Origin: Actinomycetota bacterium
GTDB lineage: Bacteria > Actinomycetota > Actinomycetes > Actinomycetales > Microbacteriaceae
Direction of reading: 5' to 3'
Assembly: GCA_041181745.1 (NCBI GenBank)
Contig: JBEGOY010000056.1
Coordinates: 5,918 to 69,917 of the forward strand
Length of the DNA stretch: 64,000 bases
Part shown: positions 1-9,767 of the stretch, piece by piece
Layout of the letters: the number at the start of each line of letters is the position of its first letter
Position numbering within the stretch: position 1 is the first letter of the stretch
Notes under the pieces: generated by a model
Seen by the model: only the letters and a program-made list of their open reading frames with translations
Databases searched by the model: none
What the model was told of the DNA's origin: nothing
Program-made: the position numbers and the translations under genes

Positions 1-963
1 TGGTACGTCGGCAAACAAGCAACTCGCATGCAAGGTTTGCTCACCAACGTCGGGCAACTTGGTCAAGCCGTTTCAGCAATTCCGTTTGCATTTGTTTTAG
101 TTCACCTTGGCTGGAGCATGTCGTTCGGTTGGCTTGCGGTGATCACTCTGATTTTGGTATTCGTGAGTTTTACCTTGGTGGTTGATGACCGCGAGGCTCA
201 CCATTCAGCATCGCGACCAGAAACGATAAAGCACGCAGTCAAATTGCTTTTTGAAAATATTCGATTGCCCGGTGTTCGTCTGGCGTTTTGGACGCACTTT
301 AGTTTGCAATCGGCGCCATCTGTATTTCTATTGCTCTGGGGATATCCATTTCTGGTTCAGGGTCAAGGTTTTTCACCCGCCAACGCATCGCTGCTGTTGA
401 GTCTGTTTACGGTGATTGGATTCTTCGTTAGCCCTCAAATCGCCAAATTTGCTCACAAGCACCCACATCGTCGATCAGATTTGGTCTACATGTTCATGCT
501 TTTAATTGCCCTTGCCTGGGGTCTTGTTGTGGCTATGCCCGGCCGCGCGCCATTCTGGATGATCATTTTGCTGGTCGTGGTTTTGGCTTCCAGTGGCCCG
601 GCATCGATGATCGCTTTCGACTATTCAAAATCGTTCGTAGATAAGAATCGATTGGGCACCGCGAATGGCTTCATCAACGTTGGTGGCTTTAGCGCGACCT
701 TCACAATGATGTTTTTTGCCGGCTTGATTCTCGACGCATACAAGAGCTACCAGGCATCCGTGGGAAACACCGTTTCGCTATATAGCCTCGATGGATTTCG
801 TTGGGCGATGAGCGTCGAATTTCTTGCTCTGCTAATTGGAGTGACGTTCTTTAGCATCGAGCGCCGCAAAACCCGAAAGAAAAAGGCAGACGAAGAGGGA
901 ATAATTCTCAAGCCTCTGCATGTTCTAGCCAGGGAACGATTATCTGCAAAACGCCCTAAATAG
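1..963 (+). CDS. MFS transporter (5'-truncated by window edge)
   Basis: Frame is open from base 1 (WYVGKQATRMQG...). Multiple hydrophobic helices; MFS-like 'RLGTANGFINVGGF' segment. Confidence 0.8.
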   Translation, partial: WYVGKQATRMQGLLTNVGQLGQAVSAIPFAFVLVHLGWSMSFGWLAVITLILVFVSFTLVVDDREAHHSASRPETIKHAVKLLFENIRLPGVRLAFWTHFSLQSAPSVFLLLWGYPFLVQGQGFSPANASLLLSLFTVIGFFVSPQIAKFAHKHPHRRSDLVYMFMLLIALAWGLVVAMPGRAPFWMIILLVVVLASSGPASMIAFDYSKSFVDKNRLGTANGFINVGGFSATFTMMFFAGLILDAYKSYQASVGNTVSLYSLDGFRWAMSVEFLALLIGVTFFSIERRKTRKKKADEEGIILKPLHVLARERLSAKRPK

Positions 964-986
964 TCACTCGGGGCGTAATCGCAGGC

Positions 987-1078
987 TATAATTGCCAACA
1001 AGACCCAGTCATTCGGTGAAATATCCGACTTGACATGGGTCTTAGTAATGCCCGAAATGGGCTGAGCGACCTATCGCT
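987..1078 (+). promoter_or_regulatory. TATAAT -10 element and structured 5' leader of the principal sigma factor gene
   Basis: TATAAT at 987-992. Hairpins AAGACCCA(1000-1007)/TGGGTCTT(1036-1043), GCCC/GGGC(1050-1062) and AGCGA/TCGCT(1065-1078). Confidence 0.5.
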
Positions 1079-1102
1079 TGGCGGGGGAGTCAAGAGGAAA
1101 AA

Positions 1103-2938
1103 ATGGCTAAAGAACAGGCACCAGCTAAGAAGCGCGGCTTCTTCGGCGGTCTGTTGCGCTCGAATGAAAAGTCTTCGGGGGACAAAACTAATGCAAGTAA
1201 GGAACCCAAGAAAATTTCAACACCGGCTAAATCGACTGCCTCAGCCCCAAAATCAACCAAGCCAGCGGCTAAACCTGCCGTGAAGGCAGCTGCAAAACCA
1301 GCAGCCAAGCCTGTGGCCAAACCGGCCGCAAAGCCAGCGGCTAAGGCAACCGCAAAGCCTGTGACTAAGGCAACCTCAAAGCCGGTTGCCAAAGCAGCAG
1401 CCAAGCCGGTGGCAAAAGCTACTTCTAAGCCTGCAGCCAAGGCTGTTGCCAAGCCAGTTGCTAAGCCAATTGCAAAGCCAGCGGCAAAGCCGGCAGCAAA
1501 AACTGCTACTAAGCCAGCAGCAAAGCCTGCATCTAAGCCAGCCACTAAGGCAGCAGCCAAGCCGGCTAACAAGGCAGCAGCCAAGCCGGCAGCTAAGCCG
1601 GCAGCTAAGCCAGCGGCAAAGACAACCGCTAAGCCAGCGGCAAAGACAACCGCTAAGCCAGCAGCAAAAACTGCCGCTAAGCCAGTTGCCAAGGCTGCCT
1701 CTAAAACTGTTGCCAAGCCTGCAGCCAAGGCTGCATCGAAACCGGCCGCAAAATCAACCGGCCCAGCGACAAAGGCTAAGCCAGAAAAGGCAGCCAAGCT
1801 GCCAAAGGGCATGACAGAGGTTGAAGATGACGAAGAGTTAGAACTCGAATCCCCAGAGGAAATCGTTGCCGAAGCCGCTGCACTGGTTGACATCACTGCC
1901 GTCGAAGAAGAGCTTCCTGAAGAAGAGCCCGAAGACGGCGACAAAATTGTTGTTCCCGAGGGCGCATTGGTTTTGTCGAACCGTGAAGAAGAAGACATCC
2001 CGGCTCAGTCAACAACTATCACCGGCGCCACTGCTGACCCGGTAAAGGACTACCTAAAGCAAATAGGTAAGGTTGCGCTGCTGAATGCTGAACTCGAGGT
2101 TGAGCTGGCCAAGCGCATTGAAGCTGGGCTATTTGCAGAAGAAAAACTTGCCACCGACAAGCGTCTTTCAAAAGACATGGAACGCGATCTCAAGTGGGTC
2201 GTTAAAGACGGTCAGCGCGCGAAGAGCCACTTGCTTGAAGCAAACCTTCGCTTGGTTGTTTCGCTGGCTAAGCGCTACACCGGCCGCGGCATGCAGTTTC
2301 TTGACTTGATTCAAGAAGGAAACCTAGGCCTAATTCGTGCGGTAGAGAAGTTCGACTACACCAAGGGTTACAAGTTCTCAACCTATGCAACCTGGTGGAT
2401 TCGTCAGGCAATTACTCGCGCGATGGCGGACCAGGCCCGCACCATTCGTATTCCTGTGCACATGGTTGAAGTAATCAACAAGTTGGCCCGAGTTCAGCGT
2501 CAGTTGCTGCAGGATCTAGGTCGCGAGCCGACCCCAGAAGAACTTGCCCGCGAACTGGACATGACACCTGAAAAAGTTGTTGAAGTTCAGAAGTATGGCC
2601 GCGAGCCAATTTCGCTTTCAACACCACTTGGTGAAGACGGCGACAGCGAATTTGGTGACTTGATCGAAGACACCGAGGCCGTTGTTCCAGCAGACGCGGT
2701 TGGCTTCACAATGTTGCAGCGTGAACTTGAGCGCATTCTGGATTCATTGCACCCGCGCGAGGCTGGCGTTATTCGCAGTCGCTTTGGATTGGGCGATGGA
2801 GTGCAAAAAACTCTGGACCAAATTGGTGAAGAGTTTGGTGTGACTCGTGAGCGTATTCGACAGATTGAGTCAAAGACTATGTCGAAGCTTCGTCACCCGT
2901 CACGTTCACAGATGCTGCGCGACTACCTAGAGAACTAA
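1103..2938 (+). CDS. rpoD: Principal RNA polymerase sigma factor (SigA/HrdB/RpoD) with long Lys/Ala/Pro N-terminal extension
   Basis: Regions 1.2 ([11 protein letters not shown]), 2 ([53 protein letters not shown]) and 4.2 ([10 protein letters not shown]). SD AAGAGG upstream. Confidence 0.97.
   Translation: MAKEQAPAKKRGFFGGLLRSNEKSSGDKTNASKEPKKISTPAKSTASAPKSTKPAAKPAVKAAAKPAAKPVAKPAAKPAAKATAKPVTKATSKPVAKAAAKPVAKATSKPAAKAVAKPVAKPIAKPAAKPAAKTATKPAAKPASKPATKAAAKPANKAAAKPAAKPAAKPAAKTTAKPAAKTTAKPAAKTAAKPVAKAASKTVAKPAAKAASKPAAKSTGPATKAKPEKAAKLPKGMTEVEDDEELELESPEEIVAEAAALVDITAVEEELPEEEPEDGDKIVVPEGALVLSNREEEDIPAQSTTITGATADPVKDYLKQIGKVALLNAELEVELAKRIEAGLFAEEKLATDKRLSKDMERDLKWVVKDGQRAKSHLLEANLRLVVSLAKRYTGRGMQFLDLIQEGNLGLIRAVEKFDYTKGYKFSTYATWWIRQAITRAMADQARTIRIPVHMVEVINKLARVQRQLLQDLGREPTPEELARELDMTPEKVVEVQKYGREPISLSTPLGEDGDSEFGDLIEDTEAVVPADAVGFTMLQRELERILDSLHPREAGVIRSRFGLGDGVQKTLDQIGEEFGVTRERIRQIESKTMSKLRHPSRSQMLRDYLEN
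1259..1750 (+). repeat. Degenerate 12-bp coding tandem repeat (about 41 K-x-x-x tetrapeptides, consensus KPAA)
   Basis: Lys every 4th residue without phase break from KPAA (1259) up to KSTG (1751). Confidence 0.95.
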
Positions 2939-2941
2939 TTT

Positions 2942-4210
2942 ATGTTCTATCTGCCAGCCATTCTGATTGGCCGTCTTGTTCGCAAGTTGGTTCGAGTGGT
3001 TAGACCTGGTGGCGGTTCCGCCTTGCCAGGTTTGGTGTTGTCAAAAATCGCTCCAGGTTTATTAGCTAAAACCTTGAATCACTTCAAGGATGGGCTTGTG
3101 ATCGTGACAGGTTCCGCCGGAAAATCGACGACCACGAAAATGCTGGTTGCGATTGCGCGTGCGCATGGCAAAGAAGTATTTACCAACCCTTCGACTGCGA
3201 ACATTGAGCAGGGTTTTTTCTCGTCGATCATTCAGAGCTCTGATGCTTTTGGAAACCTAAAGGGCGACGTGGCCATTCTTGAGATGGATGAGGGTCACGC
3301 TGCAGAAATTACCAAACGAATCTCACCGCGCCAGGTGACCATCCTGAATGTGCTCGAAGATCAACTCGATCGTTTTATCGACCCAGCGGTGGTGCGCCAA
3401 AAACTTCTTGATGTTGCCCAACGTTGCTCGGGAGCACTTGTTCTAAATGCCGATGATCAAAACGTTTTGCTAATCAACAAAGAGGTTGCCAGCGCAATGA
3501 CAACCTGGTTCGGGCTTGACTCAGCTTTGATTGCTGCATCGAAGCACGGATTGGGCAACGCCCCAACATATCAATCGCAATTGCCAAGACCTCAGGTGTC
3601 AACCGAGATTGATTATTTGAATGGCAAGCAGGCAAGTGGCCGCGTTGGCAATCAGTCAGTGAAATTTGCCTTGCCAAACCGGGGGCTGCATTTTGCGCTT
3701 GATGCAGCCGCAGCTCTTGAAAGTGCTCGTCGATACTTGGGCAATCAGTTCGATGCGCAACTGGCCGCAAAAACCTTGGATGAACTGCCTCCGGTATTTG
3801 CCCGAGGTGAAATTGCCAAAGTAAACGGCGAGGACGTTGAGTTTATTTTGGTGCAAAATCCGATGAGCATGCAGCTGAACCTAGATAACCTTGCCGGTCA
3901 ACCTGAGCGCTTGATGGTTGCCATCGGGCGAGATGTTCATGATCCGTCTTGGCTCTGGACAGTAGATATGTCAGCAATCAAGCGAGTCGATGTTGTTGCC
4001 GGATACAACTACGCAGAAATTGCTTTGCGCTTGGCCTACGACAACATTCCGATGGACGCTGTCGAAGAAGACCTGCAAGTTGCACTCGACAAATTCTTTG
4101 CTTTGCCTGCACCAACTAACTCGATACGCACGGTAATTTTCTCTGCGGATGCAATGCGCCGCACCCGGCGAATGCTTGGTTTCACAGATCCAGAGGCGGT
4201 GCAGCGATGA
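2942..4210 (+). CDS. murT: MurT-family Mur ligase (DUF1727 C-terminal domain)
   Basis: GGGSALPG, P-loop TGSAGKSTT, EMDE, DQLDR, LNADD and DPSWLW motifs. Overlaps a gatD-like gene. Confidence 0.85.
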   Translation: MFYLPAILIGRLVRKLVRVVRPGGGSALPGLVLSKIAPGLLAKTLNHFKDGLVIVTGSAGKSTTTKMLVAIARAHGKEVFTNPSTANIEQGFFSSIIQSSDAFGNLKGDVAILEMDEGHAAEITKRISPRQVTILNVLEDQLDRFIDPAVVRQKLLDVAQRCSGALVLNADDQNVLLINKEVASAMTTWFGLDSALIAASKHGLGNAPTYQSQLPRPQVSTEIDYLNGKQASGRVGNQSVKFALPNRGLHFALDAAAALESARRYLGNQFDAQLAAKTLDELPPVFARGEIAKVNGEDVEFILVQNPMSMQLNLDNLAGQPERLMVAIGRDVHDPSWLWTVDMSAIKRVDVVAGYNYAEIALRLAYDNIPMDAVEEDLQVALDKFFALPAPTNSIRTVIFSADAMRRTRRMLGFTDPEAVQR

Positions 4211-4851
4211 GCATCAAATTTGCAGTGCTTTTTCCGGCACACCTTAATCTGAACGGTGACCTAGCCAACATCAAAGTGTTGCGTCGGCGTCTGGATTGGG
4301 CGGGGCTGCCTTCTTCGATTCAGGTTGTCGCTTCAGGTCAAGCAATCGACAGCGATGTCGATCTAGTGATTATTGGCCACGGTTCAGTTGCTGCTTGGAA
4401 TGACATTCGTGATGATTTGGTAGAACGCAAGACCGAACTTGAAACACTGTTGGCGAATGGCGTTCAACTTTTAGCCATCGCAACCGGCTACGAAATGTTA
4501 TTCGCCAAAACTGCCACCGGCCAGCAAGGCATTGGATTGCTCGGTGGCGACATTGAGCTGGTCGAGAGACTTTCAAAATTCGAAGTTACCGAATTTGAAG
4601 GCAAGCAGTTGTTGGGATATTTGAACAGTGAAGCTGATCTAGCGGTAATCGCTCGCCACGGCGGCATCCTAGGAATCAATTTGCATGGCCCCGTGTTGGC
4701 AAAGAACCCAGAGTTGGCCGACGAAATTTTGACACAACTTCTTACCAAGCACGGTCTGGACAGTGCGGGCTTAGGCAACAAAAAAGCCGCCTATGCAGAC
4801 GGCTTAGTTGCTGAAGTTTGGAAGCTAGAGAAAGAACTAGCGAGCGAGTAG
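4207..4851 (+). CDS. gatD: GatD/CobQ-like type 1 glutamine amidotransferase homolog lacking the catalytic Cys
   Basis: LNLNGDLAN N-terminus and LHGPVLAKNPELAD motif. Nucleophile elbow reads LAIATGYEML. Confidence 0.8.
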   Translation: MSIKFAVLFPAHLNLNGDLANIKVLRRRLDWAGLPSSIQVVASGQAIDSDVDLVIIGHGSVAAWNDIRDDLVERKTELETLLANGVQLLAIATGYEMLFAKTATGQQGIGLLGGDIELVERLSKFEVTEFEGKQLLGYLNSEADLAVIARHGGILGINLHGPVLAKNPELADEILTQLLTKHGLDSAGLGNKKAAYADGLVAEVWKLEKELASE

Positions 4852-5061
4852 TTTTTCGCTCTCGTCGTGCCAAGAAACTGCAATCGGCTCAAGCTTGGAG
4901 CGCTTTTCGTTGCCGTGGTGTGAGCAGAAAATCAATTCACCGGTGGCTAACTCAACACGGATGTAGGCCTGTGCTCCACAAACGTCGCAACGGTCGGTTG
5001 CCTTAAGTGCGCCAACCTCAGTGATTTCGTTCTCTGTGGTGGTTTCTTCTAGTGGTTGCAT
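4837..5061 (-). CDS. Small conserved actinobacterial putative Zn-binding protein
   Basis: DRCDVCGAQAY...FCSHH motif, typically found beside topo IV B. Start placed at MQPLEE after AAAGGT. Confidence 0.75.
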   Translation of the reverse strand: MQPLEETTTENEITEVGALKATDRCDVCGAQAYIRVELATGELIFCSHHGNEKRSKLEPIAVSWHDESEKLLAR

Positions 5062-5211
5062 TGGGTCTACCTTTCGTTCGCTCCATATCAACACACGAAA
5101 CTGAAAAAAAGTCCCAAGTTAACCAGCATTTCGCTAACTGCGAATAAGCCGTTAATTCGGCCTTGGAGTGTCAGAAGCCGAGCCAAGGCCCGTGGCGGTT
5201 AGCATTTCAGG

Positions 5212-7293
5212 GTGTCTAAGTCTGAATACTCTGCCCGCCATCTCTCTGTTCTAGAGGGCCTAGAGGCGGTTCGCAAGCGACCTGGCATGTATATCGGTTC
5301 AACCGATAGTCGTGGTCTGATGCACTGTCTTTGGGAAATCATTGACAACTCTGTGGATGAAGCTTTGGCCGGACACGGCAATCGAATTGAAATTCAACTA
5401 CACCAGGATGGCAGCGTCGGCGTTGCCGATAAGGCTCGCGGAATTCCTGTTGATATTGAACCTAAAACCGGCCTTTCTGGTGTTGAGGTGGTTTTCACCA
5501 AACTTCACGCCGGCGGCAAATTCGGGTCGGGTTCTTATGCAGCATCGGGTGGCTTGCACGGTGTTGGAGCATCCGTGGTTAATGCCTTGTCTGAACGCCT
5601 AGACGTTGAAGTTGACCGCGACGGCAAAACCTATGCCATGTCTTTTCGTCGCGGTGAACCCGGAATCTTTGATGACAAAAAGGGCATCGCTCCAAACAAT
5701 CCCTTTAAACCCTTTGAAGACGCATCGGTTTTGCGTGAGGTTGGCAAAGTAGCTAAAAATGTTTCTGGAACTCGCGTGCGCTACTGGGCAGATCCGCAAA
5801 TCTTTATTAAAGATGCTGTCTTCTCCATGGATGAACTTATTGCGCGTGCTCGTCAGACCGCATTTCTGGTTCCTGGTTTGGCTCTGGCCATCACCGATCA
5901 GCGTGAAAAAACTGCGGTAAAGCAAGAATTTAAATATGACGGTGGAATTGTCGAGTTTGCAAATTTTCTAGCCAAGGACGCTGCGCTCACCTCAACCTGG
6001 CGTCTTGCCGGTTCGGCCAATTTTCTTGAGACAGTTCCGGTGCTAGATGAATCCGGCAACATGGTTTCAAAAGAAGTAGAGCGAAACTGCGACGTAGAAA
6101 TTGCAGTTCGCTGGGGCACCGGGTACGACACCGAGATTAAATCCTTTGTGAACATCATTGCGACTCCAAAGGGTGGCACACACATTGCCGGCTTTGAGCA
6201 GTCGTTGCTGAAAACGATTCGCACCCAAGTTGACGCACAGGCCCGCAAACTCAAATTAGGCAATGACAAGATCGAAAAAGAAGATATCTTGGCTGGCCTC
6301 ACTGCGGTGGTGACTGTGCGATTGGCAGAGCCGCAGTTTGAGGGTCAGACCAAAGAGATTCTTGGAACGCCGGCGGTTCGAAACATTGTGGCCAACGTTG
6401 TTGCTAAAGCTTTGAACGATAGATTCAACAGCACTAAACGCGATGACAAAACCCAGGCTTCGTTGTTGCTTGAAAAAGTTGTCGCCGAAATGAAGTCTCG
6501 TGTTTCGGCCCGCGCCCATAAAGAAACACAGCGACGCAAAAACGCTCTCGAGAGCAGTTCGCTTCCGACTAAATTGGTCGATTGCCGCACCCAAGACACC
6601 GCAAGTTCAGAACTCTTTATTGTCGAGGGTGATTCTGCGCTTGGCACAGCAAAACTTGCCCGAAATTCAGAGTTTCAGGCGCTGCTGCCTATCCGAGGCA
6701 AAATTCTAAACGTGCAGAAAGCGTCTGTGAGTGACATGCTCTCGAATGCGGAATGTGCATCAATTATTCAGGTAATTGGTGCGGGTTCGGGGCGATCATT
6801 TGATTTGGAATCAGCTCGCTATGGAAAAGTCATTTTGATGAGCGATGCCGATGTGGATGGTGCCCATATTCGAACCCTCTTGCTCACGTTGTTTTTCCGT
6901 TACATGCGTCCGATGGTGGAGGCTGGAAGAGTCTTCGCGGCTGTGCCACCACTGCACCGGGTTGAGGTAATTAATGCCGGCAGCAAGGCAAACGAGGTTA
7001 TTTATACCTATAGTCAGGCCGAGCTAGAAGAACTTCTGAAACAACTTGAAAAGTCGGGTAAGCGATACAAAGAACCAATTCAGCGTTACAAGGGTCTTGG
7101 CGAAATGGATGCTGATCAACTAGCCGAGACAACAATGGATCGAAGTCATCGTACTTTGCGTCGCGTTCGAGTCGAGGATGCCGCCGCGGCTGAAGCTGTA
7201 TTTGAACTTTTGATGGGCAATGAGGTTGCTCCTCGCAGAGACTTCATCATTGACTCCGCCGATGGCCTTGAGCGCGATCGAATCGACGCTTAG
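5212..7293 (+). CDS. parE: DNA topoisomerase IV subunit B (GyrB/ParE family)
   Basis: LEAVRKRPGMYIG, EIIDNSVDE, LHAGGKF, VEGDSA, PIRGKILN, DADVDGAHI and QRYKGLGEM. Confidence 0.93.
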   Translation: MSKSEYSARHLSVLEGLEAVRKRPGMYIGSTDSRGLMHCLWEIIDNSVDEALAGHGNRIEIQLHQDGSVGVADKARGIPVDIEPKTGLSGVEVVFTKLHAGGKFGSGSYAASGGLHGVGASVVNALSERLDVEVDRDGKTYAMSFRRGEPGIFDDKKGIAPNNPFKPFEDASVLREVGKVAKNVSGTRVRYWADPQIFIKDAVFSMDELIARARQTAFLVPGLALAITDQREKTAVKQEFKYDGGIVEFANFLAKDAALTSTWRLAGSANFLETVPVLDESGNMVSKEVERNCDVEIAVRWGTGYDTEIKSFVNIIATPKGGTHIAGFEQSLLKTIRTQVDAQARKLKLGNDKIEKEDILAGLTAVVTVRLAEPQFEGQTKEILGTPAVRNIVANVVAKALNDRFNSTKRDDKTQASLLLEKVVAEMKSRVSARAHKETQRRKNALESSSLPTKLVDCRTQDTASSELFIVEGDSALGTAKLARNSEFQALLPIRGKILNVQKASVSDMLSNAECASIIQVIGAGSGRSFDLESARYGKVILMSDADVDGAHIRTLLLTLFFRYMRPMVEAGRVFAAVPPLHRVEVINAGSKANEVIYTYSQAELEELLKQLEKSGKRYKEPIQRYKGLGEMDADQLAETTMDRSHRTLRRVRVEDAAAAEAVFELLMGNEVAPRRDFIIDSADGLERDRIDA

Positions 7294-7296
7294 TTT

Positions 7297-9726
7297 TTAA
7301 TCCAGCACATTGCCAAGCGAGCCGATAGCTCCGCTGGCCTTGGTTCCAGAGGCATCGCGCTTAGACAACTCGGTTGGTATTTCTACTGGTTTACCGTCAG
7401 CAGTAAGCCCAAGAATTTTGCCCGAACCGATCGCAGCAAAGTAGAGCTGATCTTCGCTTCGAATGAATTTGTGTGCTCGCACACCACCAGTGGCTCGACC
7501 CTTGGCAGGAAATTCAGACAACGAAGTCAGCTTCATTGAACCAGCATCGGTGCCAGAGAGGGCTGCAGAACTGTTTGCCGCGGTAAGTACCAAAGTTTCT
7601 TCACCGGCTTTGGCAACTCCGAACGAAATTACTTCGGCGCCTTCTGAAAGGTTGATTCCTGCGATGCCGGCAGCGCCACGACCCTGAGCTCGCACCGGCT
7701 TAGCGGCAAAGCGAAGGAATTGTGCGTCGTTGGTAATGAAAACTATTTCGTCATCATCGGTAACCACTTCAGCGCCGACGACTTTATCGCCGCTCTTGAG
7801 TGAAATTACTTCAAACTCAGCCTTTGGCGCATAATCGGCAGCAAGTCGTTTCAGAGTGCCCTGAGCCGTGCCAATTGCAATGGTGTCGGTGTCATTCAGT
7901 TCAAAAACGTTCAACACTTGTTCTGATTTTGGCAGGCCAAGAATTTCGCGCGCTGGCACGGCAGAACCGGCATCGAATGTGTCACCAAGGTTTGGCACAT
8001 CACCCACGTGAATTCGGTGCATCACGCCATTGCCGGTAATGAATCCGAGGTCGGATCGAGTTGTGGTGACGATTACTTTTTTGATTGCGTCGTGCTTCTT
8101 GCGTTTGGCAACTGGCTGAGCAATTGTTTCACTGAGATTGGTTCGTGCCACGAGCCCTGAACTTGTGAAGATGATTACACAAGGTGTGTCTGCAAGCTCT
8201 GCGCTGATGGCAGCTGCTTTGGCAGAGGTTATTGGCTTGACTTCTTCAAAGCTGCTAACCAAAGTAGTGCGGCGTTCATCGCCGTATTTCTTGGCTACTT
8301 CGTCTAGTTCATTTGAAACTAGGTCGCGCAATGCCTGGTCAGAAGCCAGAATTGCCTTGAGTTCCTTAATTTCAGCCAGCAAGGTTGACTTTTCATTCTC
8401 AAGTTCGATTTTCGAAAATTTTGTCAAACGACGCAAACGAAGTTCAAGAATGTACTCGGCTTGAATTTCTGAAAGGTCAAAGACCTTCATAAGTTTGGTT
8501 CGAGCCTGATCGACTTCGTCACTGGCTCGGATTACCTGAATCACTTCATCAATTGAAAGGATTGCAATCAGCAAACCTTCGACCAGGTGAAGTCGGGCCT
8601 GGCGCTTGCCAAGGCGATTTTCACTGCGACGCTTAGTGACCGTAATGCGGTGGGCTAGGTAGACACCCAACATGTCACGAAGGCCAAGCGTCTGTGGACG
8701 ACCGTCGACCAATGCAACGTTGTTAATGCCAAACGAATCTTCCATTGGAGTAAACCGATAAAGCAGATCAAGCACAGCCTGTGGGTCGAATCCGGTCTTG
8801 ATTTCGATTACCAAACGCAAACCATTGGTGCGGTCGGTCAAGTCAGTGACATCTGAAATGCCTTGAAGTTTTTTATTGTTGACGCCGTCTTTGATTTTCT
8901 CGATGACTTTTTCTGGACCAACCAAATAAGGTAATTCGGTCACGACGATGCCAAGTTTTCTAGGGGAGACGCTCTCCACCGAGACGCGAGCGCGTGTCTT
9001 GAATACTCCGCGACCGGTGTCATATGCCTCAATCACGCCGTCGAGTCCCATAATGATTCCACCGGTTGGCAAGTCTGGACCAGGCACATATTTCATCAGT
9101 TGCTTGGTTGTGGCTTCGGGATTAGCAAGCAAGTAGCGCGCACCGGCTATGACTTCACGCATGTTGTGCGGCGGCATGTTTGTTGCCATACCAACGGCGA
9201 TGCCCGAAGCACCATTGACCAACAAATTAGGAAACGCCGCTGGTAGCACTTCTGGTTCGGTCAGCTGCGCATCGTAGTTTGGTTTGAAGTCAATTACGTC
9301 TTCGTCGAGGCCATCATTCATAAGCATCGATGCTTGCGAGAGACGGGCTTCGGTATAGCGAGCTGCCGCCGGCCCGTCATCGAGACTTCCAAAGTTTCCG
9401 TGGCCATCGATTAGCGGCACTCTAAGTGAAAACGGTTGAGCCATGCGCACTAGTGCGTCATAAATTGCACTGTCACCGTGTGGGTGCAGTTTTCCCATCA
9501 CGTCGCCAACAACGCGTGCAGATTTAACGTGACCGCGATCAGGGCGCAAGCCCATTTCACCCATTTGGTAGACGATGCGGCGGTGAACCGGCTTCAAGCC
9601 GTCGCGAGCATCTGGCAAAGCGCGTGCATAAATTACCGAGTATGAGTATTCGAGAAAGGAATCCTGCATCTCGGTAGAAACATCGATATCTACGATGCGT
9701 TCTTCGCTCGAAATTTCTTTACTCAT
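7297..9726 (-). CDS. parC: DNA topoisomerase IV subunit A (GyrA/ParC family)
   Basis: [26 protein letters not shown] and catalytic AARYTE. No canonical GyrA-box seen. Confidence 0.92.
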   Translation of the reverse strand: MSKEISSEERIVDIDVSTEMQDSFLEYSYSVIYARALPDARDGLKPVHRRIVYQMGEMGLRPDRGHVKSARVVGDVMGKLHPHGDSAIYDALVRMAQPFSLRVPLIDGHGNFGSLDDGPAAARYTEARLSQASMLMNDGLDEDVIDFKPNYDAQLTEPEVLPAAFPNLLVNGASGIAVGMATNMPPHNMREVIAGARYLLANPEATTKQLMKYVPGPDLPTGGIIMGLDGVIEAYDTGRGVFKTRARVSVESVSPRKLGIVVTELPYLVGPEKVIEKIKDGVNNKKLQGISDVTDLTDRTNGLRLVIEIKTGFDPQAVLDLLYRFTPMEDSFGINNVALVDGRPQTLGLRDMLGVYLAHRITVTKRRSENRLGKRQARLHLVEGLLIAILSIDEVIQVIRASDEVDQARTKLMKVFDLSEIQAEYILELRLRRLTKFSKIELENEKSTLLAEIKELKAILASDQALRDLVSNELDEVAKKYGDERRTTLVSSFEEVKPITSAKAAAISAELADTPCVIIFTSSGLVARTNLSETIAQPVAKRKKHDAIKKVIVTTTRSDLGFITGNGVMHRIHVGDVPNLGDTFDAGSAVPAREILGLPKSEQVLNVFELNDTDTIAIGTAQGTLKRLAADYAPKAEFEVISLKSGDKVVGAEVVTDDDEIVFITNDAQFLRFAAKPVRAQGRGAAGIAGINLSEGAEVISFGVAKAGEETLVLTAANSSAALSGTDAGSMKLTSLSEFPAKGRATGGVRAHKFIRSEDQLYFAAIGSGKILGLTADGKPVEIPTELSKRDASGTKASGAIGSLGNVLD

Positions 9727-9767
9727 TAGCTCTCTAGGCGCTTGGATGCCGGTGTGGCAGACTTGCT

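Noticed and set aside
1090-1998. 302-aa antisense ORF rich in AAGL/AAGF repeats
   Set aside because: It is a shadow of the KPAA repeat in rpoD; the repeat codons lack stops on the reverse strand. The same applies to the antisense ORFs over the yajC tail and the 47001 ORF.
5159-5199. GGCCTTGG/CCAAGGCC inverted repeat and TGTCAG upstream of parE as a PafBC (RecA-NDp) promoter
   Set aside because: The spacing from TGTCAG to the -10 does not fit the motif, and no LexA box was seen; there is too little support.
9460-9490. Possible quinolone-resistance change in the ParC QRDR
   Set aside because: The sequence reads HGDSAIYD, with Ser and Asp at the wild-type positions.
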